From Candidatus Dormiibacterota bacterium (GTDB lineage Bacteria; Chloroflexota; Dormibacteria; Aeolococcales; Aeolococcaceae), in the NCBI GenBank assembly GCA_963751755.1, contig CAVVVH010000004.1:261822-325821 (forward strand): a stretch of DNA of 64,000 nucleotides, written 5' to 3'. Within the stretch, counting starts at the first letter, position 1; each line of letters begins with the position of its first letter. Shown piece by piece: positions 21,166 to 31,331 of this stretch. A program made the position numbers and the translations under genes. The notes beneath the pieces are model-generated. The model was given only the letters and a program-made list of their open reading frames with translations, had not been told where the DNA came from and made no database searches.

Positions 21166-21946
21166 GTGCCCTCTTCTCTCTGGTCTGGGTCGTCTCCCTC
21201 GTTCCAGGCGTGCGGGTGCACGCGGTACCCCGAGCGCAGCGGCTCACGGTGCCCGCCGAGGGTTGCCAGGTACCAGCGCAGGTATCGTGGGATCCACTCG
21301 CGCACCTTGAAGTTCGACTGCCCGTGGCTGCGGTCCAGCCAGATCGTGGGGATCTCCGCGATCGGCAGGCCACGGCGGTGTGCCTTGGCGACCATCTCGA
21401 TGCCCAGCTCGAAGCCCGCGTCAGAGGCGACGCCGACCTCGCGAAGGAAGGCCGTCGAGTACGCCTTGAACGAGTTGGTGGGGTCGTGCGTCCCCACCCG
21501 GGCGATGAGGTGGAGCGAGAGCCCGGCCATCCGCGAGATCAGTCCTTTGAGCCTGGGCCCACCCACCTGCTGGCCACCGCGCATGTAGCGCGAGGCCGCC
21601 GCGACCACCACGCCGCGCTCCACCAGGCGGGTGAGCTGGTCGATCTGCATGGGGTCGTCGGAGCCGTCGGCCATGGTCACCACGGTGACGTCGGCGATGA
21701 CGTGCTTGATGCCGAACCGCAGCGCGGCTGCCGGGCCCCTGCCCTCGGTGTTGAGCAGCGGGCCGAACCCTGTGGTCGCGGCGGGCGTACTGGTCGACGT
21801 ACGGGGCGGTGGTGTCGTCGGGCGTGTCGTACACCACCAGCACCTCGCACGGCAGCTTCACCGAACTCGAGGATGCGATCCAGGCAGTCGTTGATCTCCT
21901 CCCCCTCGTTGTACGCCGGGATCACCACCGAGACCCGAGGCCTCAT
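21162..21946 (-). CDS. family 2 glycosyltransferase, polyprenol-phosphate sugar synthase-like, 2 frame switches
   Basis: The start MRPRVSVVIPAYNEGEEI overlaps the upstream stop (ATGA). It continues VKLPCEVLVVYDTPDDT (ORF 21421..21861) and then TMADGSDDP...NSFKAY (ORF 21162..21683). Confidence 0.8.
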
Positions 21947-23148
21947 ATGAGCACGCCGCCGTTGCGGACGTTGAAGACGTCGACCACCGGCTGCTCGATG
22001 TTCAGCGTCGCGTAGCGACTGTGGGGGGCGCCGATGATCACCAGGTCGACGGACTGGAGAAGCTCCTCCTGCGACACCAGGTCGGGGTCGACCGTGACGT
22101 AGGGGTCTGCGCACACCACGCGCTTGGCCTTGAACGCGAGGATGCGCTTCAGCTTGTAGGCCAGCGAGGAACGGATGTCGTCGGACTCGCCTTTGAACGC
22201 GGTGCCGAGGATGCCGACGGACATCGTCTCCAGGTCGAAGCGGCGCTGGAGGCGTGCCACCACGTACAGCGGCATCCCCTCGTTGATCATCATGCTCGTA
22301 TGCCCGAGGGTGAACTGGTTGTTGTTGAAGGCGGCCAGCTGCATGGTGTCCTTGAACAGGCACGGCCCCGCGGTGAACCCGGGCCCCGGCATGTCGGCGG
22401 CGCGCGGGTAGTCCGTCACCAGCGCTTGGCGGATGCGCTCGAAGTCCAGCCCGTAGTCATTGGCCATCATGAAGAGCTGGTTGGCCGCGGCGAATCGGAT
22501 GTACCGCCATGTGTTGGTGAACAGCTTGGCCAGCTCCGCCTCCTCCGGCTCGAGCTCGATGAGCTGCGGGGCGAGGCGCGAGAACAGCCGGCGCGCCGCG
22601 GCCAGGCCCTCGGGAGTGCGCGCGGAGATGATCTGGGGAAGCTCGCGGAGCTCGGTCATGGAGCGGCCCTGGGCGATCCGCTCGGGGCAGAAGCAGACAA
22701 GGTTGTGGAGCCCGCGGTCGGCGAGGTATCGCTCCACCAGCGCGGTGACCCCGGGATAGATGGTGCTGCGCAACACGATCACCTGGCCGCCCCGTCCAAG
22801 GTGCTCGGCGAACTCCGCGATCGCCTTGACCACCGCATTGGGGTTGGGATTGAGGTGCTCGTCGACAGGGGTGCCGATCACCACCACCACGTACTCCGCG
22901 CCGGCGATGACGCCGCCTTCGGTGGTGGCCGATAGCATCGAGGTGGCCCGCAGCTCCGCCAGCGGGCCTTGCGCGCCCTCCTCATCGAATGGGAGGCGAC
23001 CGCTGTTGACGATGTCGACCGCAGACCGGTTGGTGTCGTACAGGACCACGCGCATCCCGCACTGGCCGAGCGCGATGCCCAGGGGCAACCCGACGTGACC
23101 GCAGCCGCCGACCACGACGACGTCATGCGCGTAACCGGACTCGACCAC
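21943..23148 (-). CDS. nucleotide-sugar dehydrogenase (UDP-glucose/GDP-mannose dehydrogenase family)
   Basis: 401-aa intact ORF with N-terminal VVVVGGCGHVGLPLG Rossmann motif, catalytic-Cys region GFTAGPCLFKD and a C-terminal UDP-binding domain. Confidence 0.85.
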   Translation of the reverse strand: MVESGYAHDVVVVGGCGHVGLPLGIALGQCGMRVVLYDTNRSAVDIVNSGRLPFDEEGAQGPLAELRATSMLSATTEGGVIAGAEYVVVVIGTPVDEHLNPNPNAVVKAIAEFAEHLGRGGQVIVLRSTIYPGVTALVERYLADRGLHNLVCFCPERIAQGRSMTELRELPQIISARTPEGLAAARRLFSRLAPQLIELEPEEAELAKLFTNTWRYIRFAAANQLFMMANDYGLDFERIRQALVTDYPRAADMPGPGFTAGPCLFKDTMQLAAFNNNQFTLGHTSMMINEGMPLYVVARLQRRFDLETMSVGILGTAFKGESDDIRSSLAYKLKRILAFKAKRVVCADPYVTVDPDLVSQEELLQSVDLVIIGAPHSRYATLNIEQPVVDVFNVRNGGVLI

Positions 23149-23231
23149 CGGGCGTGCCGGCGTCGAGGGCGAGTGCAGAGGAGGCGAGGTGTTCGGAGGA
23201 CATCGACGTCAGCCTCACATGGGAAGGGGAG

Positions 23232-24126
23232 ATGCCCCAACGTAGTCGGCGGAATCGTACTTGGTGGCGCTTTCTCGACGAGCGCAGCCCCGCCGGCGGC
23301 CGCGCCAAGGCCTGGCTGTTCCTCACCCACCCGGGGCCGTCGCTGCTGGTCACCGCGCTGGTCGTCGGCGTCCCCGCGCTGCTCACCCGGCAGGCACCGT
23401 CGCTCGCGGCTGGCGGCCGGCCTGGCACTGACGATGCTGCCGTGCCAGCTCGCCATCGGTGCACTCAACGACTGGGCCGACGTCGAGCTCGACACCGTCG
23501 CCAAGCCGTACAAGCCGATGCCCCGCGCAGCGGTTCCACGAAGCGCGGCGCTCGCCTTCGCCATCGCCGGGTTCGTCGTCTCGCTCGGCGCGGCGGCGTG
23601 GCTCGGCCCTGCGGTGCTCGGGGTCGACGCCCTCGGCGTGGCGGCCGGCGTCAGCTATGACCTCGCGCTCAAGCGCACGCCTTTCGCGGTGCTGGCGTGG
23701 TGGCCCGGCTTCCTGGTGGTACCGCTCATCGGCATGGTGGCCACCGACAGGCCTCGGGGAGCCGCGGCGGCGGTGCCACTCGCCGGCCTGCTGGCGCTGG
23801 CGGTCCAGCTCGCCAACGGGCTCCCGGACATCGAGGGCGACCGGCGCGGCGGGGCGCGCACCCTGCCGGCCGTTCTCGGCGTGTCGCGGACGCGCCTGGT
23901 GATGGGGCTGAGCCTGGCGGTGACAGCGGTGTACGTGGCGGCGCTGCGCGGCCCGCTCGGCCAGGGCGTCCTGGCGCTGGTGGCGGCCGGTCTGCTCGCC
24001 GCCGCCGCGCTGCTGCCGCTGCTGCCGCGGGGAGGCGGCCGGGTGGGCTTCCCGCTGCTCGCCCTTCTCGGCGCCGGGGCGACCGTCAGCTGGCTGGCGG
24101 CGCTCCCACCTGCAGCGCCCGGGTGA
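23232..24126 (+). CDS. UbiA family prenyltransferase, one frame switch
   Basis: ATG 23232 follows GGGAAGGGGAG. The N-terminal TM region is in ORF 23154..23660, then ORF 22969..24126 with the aspartate-rich NDWADVELD motif and a second DIEGD motif, about 8 TM segments in all. The frames join near 23400. Confidence 0.75.
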
Positions 24127-24622
24127 ACACCGCGAGGTCGGCGTCGCTGAACAGCGCGAAGGTGACCTGGCGCAGCGGCGTGCCGGGCGCCGCGAGGGCG
24201 GCGCGGGCCTCTTCGACGGCGATCGGCGCCGCCACCTCGATCGGGAAGCCGTAGATGCCGGTGCTGATCGACGGGGCCGCCACCGTTGCGCAGCCGTGCT
24301 CGGCGGCGAGAGCGAAGGCGCGGCGGTAGGCGGAGCGCAGCTTCTCGGGCTCACCGTGCGCGCCGTCGCGCCAGCGCGGGCCGACGGCATGGATGACATG
24401 GCGCGCCTGCAACCGGCCAGCGCCGGTGATCACCGCGCCGCCCGTGGGGCAGCCGTCGTAACGCTCGCGCAGCTCCGCCATCAGCGATGCCCCGGCGGCG
24501 CGATGGATGGCACCGTCGACGCCGCCGCCGCCGGCGAGGTGCTGGTTGGCCGCGTTGACCACCGCGTCGGCGGCAACGGTGGTGATGTCGGCGCGGATCG
24601 CGCGCACGGCGGTGCTGCTCAT
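24086..24622 (-). CDS. macro domain protein (O-acetyl-ADP-ribose deacetylase-like)
   Basis: Track ORF 24086..24961 trimmed to ATG 24622. Motifs [16 protein letters not shown]...[10 protein letters not shown] and STGIYGFP are canonical macro-domain motifs. Confidence 0.85.
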   Translation of the reverse strand: MSSTAVRAIRADITTVAADAVVNAANQHLAGGGGVDGAIHRAAGASLMAELRERYDGCPTGGAVITGAGRLQARHVIHAVGPRWRDGAHGEPEKLRSAYRRAFALAAEHGCATVAAPSISTGIYGFPIEVAAPIAVEEARAALAAPGTPLRQVTFALFSDADLAVFTRALQVGAPPAS

Positions 24623-24668
24623 GGCAACGATGCTAGGCCACCGGTCACGCACGGGTGGGTAGAGTGCA

Positions 24669-26165
24669 GTGGTGACCGACGACGAGATCAACCACGCAGC
24701 AGACGCATCCGTGGCGCCCGACGTGTCCGAGGAGCACCCCGAGAGCGAGCACTGGATCTGGGTCGGCAAGCACCGGCCGCCGGTGCCGCGCCCGCTCATG
24801 GAGCTGATGTCGCAGGGCTGGGCCGAGCACAGCGGTCCGCCACCGGCGCCACACCCGGCCGCGGAGAACTTCGCGGCGCGGCGAGGCGCGCTGTCGGAGC
24901 GCTTCGCCGGGAAGACGCTGGTCATCCCAACCGGGCCACCCAAGGTGCGCTCGAGCGACACCGACTACCGCTTCCGGCCCGGCTCCGACTTCTTCTGGCT
25001 GACCGGTGAGATGGAGTCGGACGCGGTGCTTGTCATGGAGCCTGACGGCGACGGCCATCGCGCCACCCTGTACGTCGAGCCCCCCAGCGATCGCTCCAGC
25101 CACGAGTTCTTCACCGACGCACGCTACGGCGAGTTCTGGGTCGGTGCGCGGATGAGCCTGCGTGACATCTCCGACCACCTCGGCATCGCCACCGCACCGC
25201 TCGCGGAGCTGCACAAGCGCCTCCGCGAGCTCGAGCCGTCCAGCACGGTCACCGTCCGTGACATGGACGCTCGCGTCGACGACGCCGTGCCGGAGAGCGA
25301 CGCCGACGACGACCTGCTGAGCACTCTCGCGGAGATGCGCCTGGTCAAGGACGAATTCGAGATCGCCATGCTGCAGCAGGCGGTCGACGCCACCATCCGG
25401 GGCTTCGAGGACGTGGTCAAGGCCCTTCCCGACGCCATGGAGTCCGGCGAGCGCGTGGTCGAGGGCGTATTCAACGCACGGGCGCGGCTGGAGGGCAACG
25501 ACACCGGCTACAGCACCATCGCGGCATCCGGTGCGCATGCCACGGTGCTGCACTGGGTGCGCAATGACGGCGACGTCGACTACGGCGACCTGCTGCTCGT
25601 CGACGCCGGCGTGGAGTGCCGCCAGCTGTACACCGCCGACGTCACACGCACGCTCCCCGTGTCGGGAAGGTTCACTCCCGAGCAGCGCGAGATCTACCAG
25701 ATCGTGCTGGACGCGCAGCGCGCCGCGATGGCCGAGGTGCGTCCCGGTGTGCCATTCATGGCCCCGCACCGCGCGGCGACGCGCGTGCTCGCCGAGGGGC
25801 TACATCGCCTCGGCATCCTCGGCGCAGACCCCGAGGTGGCGGTGCGGCGCGACCAGCAGCTGCACCGGCGCTGGACGATGCACGGCACCAGCCACATGCT
25901 CGGCCTGGACGTGCACGACTGCAACAACGCGCGCGATGAGGAGTACCACGGCGACCTGAAGCCCGGCTACGTGCTCACCATCGAACCTGGTCTGTACTTC
26001 CAGCCAGACGACCTGACCGTTCCTGAGCGCTACCGCGGCATCGGTGTGCGCATCGAGGACGACGTGCTCGTCACCGAGGACGGCTGCCGCAACCTGTCGG
26101 AGGCGCTGCCGGCCGACCCCGACGAGGTCGAGGCCTGGATCGCGCGGTTGTCACCCACTCACTGA
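24669..26165 (+). CDS. aminopeptidase P family protein (Xaa-Pro aminopeptidase, M24B)
   Basis: 498-aa intact ORF with a GTG start. Creatinase-like N-domain plus pita-bread metal-ligand motifs ([39 protein letters not shown]). Confidence 0.9.
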   Translation: MVTDDEINHAADASVAPDVSEEHPESEHWIWVGKHRPPVPRPLMELMSQGWAEHSGPPPAPHPAAENFAARRGALSERFAGKTLVIPTGPPKVRSSDTDYRFRPGSDFFWLTGEMESDAVLVMEPDGDGHRATLYVEPPSDRSSHEFFTDARYGEFWVGARMSLRDISDHLGIATAPLAELHKRLRELEPSSTVTVRDMDARVDDAVPESDADDDLLSTLAEMRLVKDEFEIAMLQQAVDATIRGFEDVVKALPDAMESGERVVEGVFNARARLEGNDTGYSTIAASGAHATVLHWVRNDGDVDYGDLLLVDAGVECRQLYTADVTRTLPVSGRFTPEQREIYQIVLDAQRAAMAEVRPGVPFMAPHRAATRVLAEGLHRLGILGADPEVAVRRDQQLHRRWTMHGTSHMLGLDVHDCNNARDEEYHGDLKPGYVLTIEPGLYFQPDDLTVPERYRGIGVRIEDDVLVTEDGCRNLSEALPADPDEVEAWIARLSPTH

Positions 26166-26297
26166 GCGACGCTACGTGCGGTGCGCCTGTTGCGCGTAGA
26201 GCGGCGCCAGGTCAGCCTGTGGGTGCGGATCCAGCGGGGTATGTCGCTTCGACCGTGGGGCGGCAGGCCGCGTCAAACAACGCGGCGCGGCGGACCG

Positions 26298-27332
26298 TCA
26301 GCGCAGTGCTGGCGGTCCGTTCGACTGTTTGCGCGAGCGCGACACCACCGCGCCCACCACGGCTGCCGCCACACCGATGCCCACCATCGCCTGCGCCCGC
26401 GCCGGGTCCGGACGGCGACGCCCGCTCCCGCTGCCGCCCCCACCGGGCAGCGACTGGCGGCCCTCAGGGGTCTTGCGCTTCTCCTCGTCGATGGCTGCGG
26501 CCGGGTCCTTGTGCCCCCGGCTGTCCTTCGGCGCGGCGGCCACGATGCCCTCGTCCATCGGGGTTCCCAGGCGCATCTTGTTGAACACAGCCCCGATGAG
26601 GATGAACTGGCACATGAATGACAGCCACGTCGCCAGCAGGAAGAACAGCGCGAACTGCTGTCCGTACGTGCCAAAACCCTTGGAGATCTTCGCGTAGAGC
26701 GGGAAGAGCAACGAGAACAGCTCGATGAGCACGCCGGCGAGCAGTGCGCCCGGCCAGATGTCCTTCAAGGCAAACGTGCGGTTGGGGACCCAGCGGTAGA
26801 TGAGTGTCATCAGGGCGACCAGCACCAGCGCACCAAGGAGCGCCCCCAGCACACCCGCGCCGGGCGACGCCGCGGCAGCGCTGTTGGCGGTGACGGTCAG
26901 CAGCACCGCGAGGATGAACACCAGCACCATGACGAGGCCCATCAGCCTCTGGCGCAGGGTGTCGCGCTGCTTGGTGCCGAAGATCATGGTCAGGGCGAAC
27001 TCCATCGACGCGAACAGGCTGGTGCCGCTCCAGAGCAGGCCGACGATGGAGACGATCCCCAGGATGCCGGCGTTGTGCTTGACACCGGTCAGCGCGGAGA
27101 GGATCTGCTGGTGCGCGTCGGCAGGGAACACCGAGACGACGCCGTTGTAGAGCTTGGTCTGCAGGTCAGGGTTGTCGATGACCAGGCCGACGATCGCGAG
27201 CATGCCGAGGATGAGCGGGAACATCGCCAGGAACGCATTGAAGGCGAGCCCGGCTGCGTAGTTGCTGCCCTGCGCCTTTCCGTAGGCCTGGATCACCTGC
27301 ACGGGGCGCGAGCCGGTGATTCGCTTCAGCAT
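26298..27332 (-). CDS. YihY/BrkB family membrane protein
   Basis: 344-aa intact ORF with an AGGAGG RBS, about 6 TM segments, the family-typical N-terminus (..AAGLAFNAFLAMFPL..), and a charged G/R-rich C-terminal tail. Confidence 0.8.
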   Translation of the reverse strand: MLKRITGSRPVQVIQAYGKAQGSNYAAGLAFNAFLAMFPLILGMLAIVGLVIDNPDLQTKLYNGVVSVFPADAHQQILSALTGVKHNAGILGIVSIVGLLWSGTSLFASMEFALTMIFGTKQRDTLRQRLMGLVMVLVFILAVLLTVTANSAAAASPGAGVLGALLGALVLVALMTLIYRWVPNRTFALKDIWPGALLAGVLIELFSLLFPLYAKISKGFGTYGQQFALFFLLATWLSFMCQFILIGAVFNKMRLGTPMDEGIVAAAPKDSRGHKDPAAAIDEEKRKTPEGRQSLPGGGGSGSGRRRPDPARAQAMVGIGVAAAVVGAVVSRSRKQSNGPPALR

Positions 27333-27434
27333 CGGGCCGGCTCAGCCTCCTGGACGGTTGCTCGCCGCAGAGATCCGGGCGGACTATCAGGTTAGCTGAT
27401 AGTGACTCTGTGGGCTTGGCGGGCGCCTGCCGGG

Positions 27435-28692
27435 CTACTCGACGCGCGAGAAGGCGAGGCAGGCGTTGTGACCGCCGAACCCGAAGGAGGTGCTGATGGC
27501 CAGGTCGATGCGGTGGTCGCGGCCGACGTTGGGCACGTAGTCAAGGTCGCACTCGGGGTCGGGCTCGTCGAGGTTGATGGTTGGCGGCACGTACTGGTCG
27601 CGGATGGCCATAACGGCGATGATCGACTCGAGAGCGCCGGCGGCCCCGAGCAGGTGGCCGTGCATCGACTTCGTCGACGACATCGGCACCGTCGCGGCCA
27701 CCTCGCCGAGCGCGGCCTTGATCGCCTTGGTCTCGGCGGAGTCGTTGAGCTGCGTGCCGGTGCCGTGGGCGTTGATGTAGCCGACGTCGGCCGGGCTGGC
27801 GTGGGCACGCTCGAGCGCGCGCAGCACGCAGCGGCGCGCGCCGTCGCCGTTGGGCTCGGGGGCGGTGATGTGCGACGCGTCGGCGGTGGCGCCGTAGCCG
27901 CTCACCTCGGCGTAGATGTGCGCCCCGCGCCGGCGTGCCGCCTCGCACTCCTCGAGCACGACGATGGCGGCGCCCTCACCCATCACGAATCCGTCGCGGT
28001 CGCGGTCGAACGGTCGCGAGGCGCGCTCGGGCTCGTCGTTGCGCGTGGACAGCGCCTGCATGGCGTTGAACGAGCCGACCCCGAGCGCGCACACCGACGC
28101 CTCGGTGCCGCCCGCGATGACGGTGGTGGCGTCGCCGCGGCGAATCCACTCCGCCGCCTCACCGATGGCGTGCGCAGCGGAAGCGCACGCGCTGACCACG
28201 GCGAAGTTGGGGCCCTTGGCGCCGTGCTCGATGGCGATGACGCCGGCGGGCATGTCGGCGATCATCGAGGGAACGGTGAACGGCGAGACGCGGCGCACTC
28301 CCTGCTGGTGCAGGGCGAGCGTGGCCCGCTCCAGCACCTCGAGGCCGCCCGACCCCCGACGCCACCAGCACACCGGCGTCCTCACCGACCGCGGCGATGT
28401 CGACGCCCGAATCCGCTACCGCCTCGCGAGCGGCGACGAGCGCGAGCTGCATGCAGCGGCTGCTGCGCCGCGCCTCCTTGACGCCGAGGTGGGCGGCGGC
28501 GTCGAAGCCCTTGACCTCCGCGGCGATGCGCGTGGGCAGCGCCGAGGCGTCGAACTGGGTGATCGCGGCGACGCCGCTGGTGCCGTTGCGGCATGCATTC
28601 CACGTCGACGCCACGTCGTTGCCGAGCGGGCTGACCGTGCCCATCCCGGTGATGACCACCCGGGTCCGTCCGTTGCCGTTGCTGCCGCTCAT
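27435..28692 (-). CDS. fabF: beta-ketoacyl-ACP synthase II, one frame switch
   Basis: N-terminus RVVITGMGTVSPLG (ORF 28159..28692). The remainder is in ORF 27435..28385, with active-site VVSACASAAHA, HITAP, and YINAHGTGT...SSTKSMHGHLLGAAG. Removing one C of the CCC run at 28348-28350 restores ...ASGVGGLEVLE. Confidence 0.9.
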
Positions 28693-29537
28693 TCCTCTCC
28701 CGGCTGTTCAGCCGACGCGAGCAGGGGTGCGCCCTGCGAGTGATACCCGCCGTCGACGTGGATCACCTCGCCACTGATCCCACGGGCCATGTCGCTGAGC
28801 AGGAACACGGCGGTGTCGGCGACCGGACCGGCGTCGGCTGCATCCCATCCTAGCGGGGCCTGGCCGGACCAGGCGTCCTTGAGCGTGCGAAAGCCGGGGA
28901 TGGACTTCGCGGCGATGGTCTCGAGCGGGCCGGCGCTGATGGTGTTGACGCGCACGTGGCGGGGCCCGAGGTCGCGGGCCAGGTAGCGGCCGATCGCCTC
29001 GAGCGCCGCCTTGGCGGGGCCCATCCAGTCGTAGAGCGGCCACGCCAGGGTGCCGTCGAAGGTGAGCGACACCAGGGCGCCGCCTGTTTGTGGCATCAGT
29101 GGCACGAACTCGGCGGCCAGCGTCTTCAGGGAGAAGCTGCTCACCTGCATGCGCCGTGGCCACCGAGGACCACGGCGCCTCCAGGAAGTGACCGCCGAGG
29201 CAGTCCTCGGGCGCGAAGCCGATGGCGTGGACGACGCCGTCGAGCGACCCCCAGCGCTCGCGCACCTGGCGCGGCGACGCTGCGCACCTGGTCGACGTCG
29301 GTGACGTCCATCTCGAGGACGGCCGGGCTGGGGGTCGAGCCGCTTGGCGCTGCGCTCGGTGAGGCTCATGGCGCGGCCGAACGAGGTGAGCACCACCTCG
29401 GCACCCTGCGCGTGGCAGGCCTGCGCGATGGCGAAGGCGATGCTCTTGGGGGTCAGCACCCCGGTGACCAGGATGCGCCTGCCGGCGAGGACGCCCGACG
29501 TGCGTGCGGCCACGGCGTCGCTGTTGCTGGTCACCAT
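28689..29537 (-). CDS. fabI: enoyl-ACP reductase (NADH), FabI/InhA type, about 3 frame switches
   Basis: GGGAAGG RBS. LAGRRILVTGVLTPKSIAFAIA, then DGVVHAIGFAP (ORF 28708..29265), then SFSLKTLA...YDWMGPAKAALE...NTISAGP...GEVIHVDGG. The stop overlaps the fabF start (ATGA). Confidence 0.85.
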   Translation of the reverse strand: MVTSNSDAVAARTSGVLAGRRILVTGVLTPKSIAFAIAQACHAQGAEVVLTSFGRAMSLTERSAKRLDPQPGRPRDGRHRRRPGAQRRRARCASAGGRSTASSTPSASRPRTASAVTSWRRRGPRWPRRMQVSSFSLKTLAAEFVPLMPQTGGALVSLTFDGTLAWPLYDWMGPAKAALEAIGRYLARDLGPRHVRVNTISAGPLETIAAKSIPGFRTLKDAWSGQAPLGWDAADAGPVADTAVFLLSDMARGISGEVIHVDGGYHSQGAPLLASAEQPGEE

Positions 29538-29569
29538 CCTTCCCTCAGAGTCCGGCGCTACTTCGCGGG

Positions 29570-30356
29570 TTACGCCGCCCGCGTGATCGAGAGCATGCGC
29601 TCGTGCCAGGCGGGCGCGCCGGCAAGGATGTCGCCGGAGCGGAAGACCGCGGCCTCGTCGCCATCCCAGTCGCTCACCACCCCGCCGGCCTCGCGCACCA
29701 GCAGGCTGCCGGCGGCGATGTCCCACAGCGCCAGGCCGAGCTCGAAGAAGCCGCACCACACCCCGGAGGCCGCGTACGCGAGGTCGAGGCTGGCGGCGCC
29801 GGGGCGGCGCAGGTCCTCGAACCGGTCCATCGCCGCGGTCATGACCGGGAGGTAGCGCGGGCCGGTTCTCGGGCCGGCGGAACGGGAAACCCGTGGCCAC
29901 CACGCCGGCGCCGTCGGACCCGCGGATGTCGAGGCGACGCCCGGCGGCGTCGAACGCCCCCTCACCGGCGAGAGCGGTCCAGTGGCCGCCGGTGAGCGGG
30001 GCTGTCACCACGCCGACGCATGGCAGCCCGTCCTCGACGAGCGCGACCGAGACCCCCACCTCGGGATACCCGCGAAGGAAGTTGGTGGTGCCGTCGAGCG
30101 GGTCGATGACCCACATGCGGTCGGTCACCTCTCCGCCCCGCTCCTCGGCGAGCACGTCGATCGACGGCTCTGCGTCGTGGAGCACGGCCACGGCCGCGGC
30201 CTCGGCGGCGCGGTCGACCACTGTGACGTAGTCCCCGGCGCCCTTCAACTGAGCCTGCAGCGGAGCCGCGTCGCGCCGCGAGGCACGGATGACGTCGCCC
30301 GCCGCCTGGGCGGCGGCGAGCGCCAGCGTGCCCAGTTCACGTCGCGTTCGCACCAC
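29570..30356 (-). CDS. inositol monophosphatase family protein (SuhB-like), one frame switch
   Basis: WVIDPLDGTTNF motif in ORF 28689..30356. The C-terminal half (RPGAASLDLAYAASG...WDIAAG) is in ORF 29570..29965. The frames join near 29870. Confidence 0.8.
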
Positions 30357-30445
30357 TTCAGCCTATCGACTCCGAGCCGCACCCTGACCGCCATGTCAGA
30401 GCCCTCGTCACACGCGGCCCCCCAGCCCTGGCCACGCCACATGCC

Positions 30446-30475
30446 TTGACAGGAATATTCTTGCTCAGGTATATA
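30446..30475 (+). promoter_or_regulatory. sigma-70-type promoter for the ArsR-family gene, probably giving a leaderless or near-leaderless mRNA
   Basis: TTGACA (30446-30451), a 17-18 nt spacer, then GTATAT/TATATA (30469-30475). The ATG lies at 30483, about 8 nt downstream. The spacer contains the palindrome GAATATTC (30453-30460). Confidence 0.6.
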
Positions 30476-30482
30476 TGGCGTC

Positions 30483-30818
30483 ATGAACGCGACGCTCACC
30501 GCGCTGGCCGAGCCGAACCGGCTCCAGATCGTCGACCTCCTGCTCGCCGGGCCCCGGCCCGTGGGCGAGATCGTCGACGAGCTCCACCTGCGCCAGCCAC
30601 AGGTGTCGAAGCACCTGCGCGTGCTCAGCGACGCCGGGCTTGTGGAGGTTCGCCCCGCCGCCCAGCAGCGCATCTACAGCCTCAAGCCGCAGGCCTTCCA
30701 GGAGCTCAATGCCTGGCTCGAGAGGTTCAGCCGGCTGTGGGAGGAGCGTTTGGACCGATTCGACGCAGTTCTGCAGGAGCTGAAGCAACAGGAGGAGACC
30801 CATGACGGCGACCAGTGA
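30483..30818 (+). CDS. ArsR/SmtB family transcriptional regulator
   Basis: 111-aa intact ORF. LAEPNRLQIVDLL...VGEIVDELHLRQPQVSKHLRVLSDAGLV is the canonical ArsR winged-HTH. Confidence 0.9.
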   Translation: MNATLTALAEPNRLQIVDLLLAGPRPVGEIVDELHLRQPQVSKHLRVLSDAGLVEVRPAAQQRIYSLKPQAFQELNAWLERFSRLWEERLDRFDAVLQELKQQEETHDGDQ

Positions 30819-31302
30819 CACCAAGCTCGTGTTGACCCTCCCCTCCGATGTGGAGGTGGTGGGCAGGCGCGCCTTCAATGCGCCACGGGACCTCGTGTTC
30901 CGGGCATACAACGACCCGGCCCTGATCCCACGCTGGTGGGGCCCGCGCGGGTACGTCACCGTCGTCGAGACGCAGGACACGCGCGTCGGAGGCAGGTGGC
31001 GCTACCTCCACCGTCCGCCCAGCGGGGAGGAGCTCGCATTCAGCGGGGAATATCGTGAGGTTGCGCCGCCGGCCCGCGTGGTCCGCACCTCCAATTTCGA
31101 GCCCGTCGGACCAGGCCATGAGGTGCTCGAAACAGTGGAGTTCGAGGAGCTCGAAGGCGACAGCACGAAGATGACCACCTCGATGCTGTTCCTCTCGAAG
31201 GAGGACCGCGACGCGATGCTCGAGTCCGGGATGGAGGGCGGCTACTCCGAGAGCCTGGAGCGGCTCGACGAGGTGCTGGAGGAGCTCAAGGCGTCCGCCT
31301 GA
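30802..31302 (+). CDS. SRPBCC domain protein (AHSA1/START-like)
   Basis: 166-aa intact ORF overlapping the ArsR gene by 17 nt. Typical ArsR-SRPBCC pairing, and motifs F.APRDLVFRAYNDPALIPRWWGP. Confidence 0.8.
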   Translation: MTATSDTKLVLTLPSDVEVVGRRAFNAPRDLVFRAYNDPALIPRWWGPRGYVTVVETQDTRVGGRWRYLHRPPSGEELAFSGEYREVAPPARVVRTSNFEPVGPGHEVLETVEFEELEGDSTKMTTSMLFLSKEDRDAMLESGMEGGYSESLERLDEVLEELKASA

Positions 31303-31331
31303 CGGGCGGCCATCACCTACAGTCCGCCGTC

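Noticed and set aside
26166-26297. Intergenic gaps (26166-26297, 36056-36201, 50409-50646) inspected for tRNA or small RNA genes
   Set aside because: No cloverleaf-compatible sequence or T-loop GGTTCGAATCC-like motif was seen, only short hairpins. Nothing is strong enough to call without a covariance-model search.
28689-30356. 555-aa ORF suggesting an inositol monophosphatase-FabI fusion protein
   Set aside because: The IMPase C-terminus is in another frame and ends at 29570. FabI has its own RBS and ATG at 29537. The apparent fusion is caused by frame switches plus the lack of stops.
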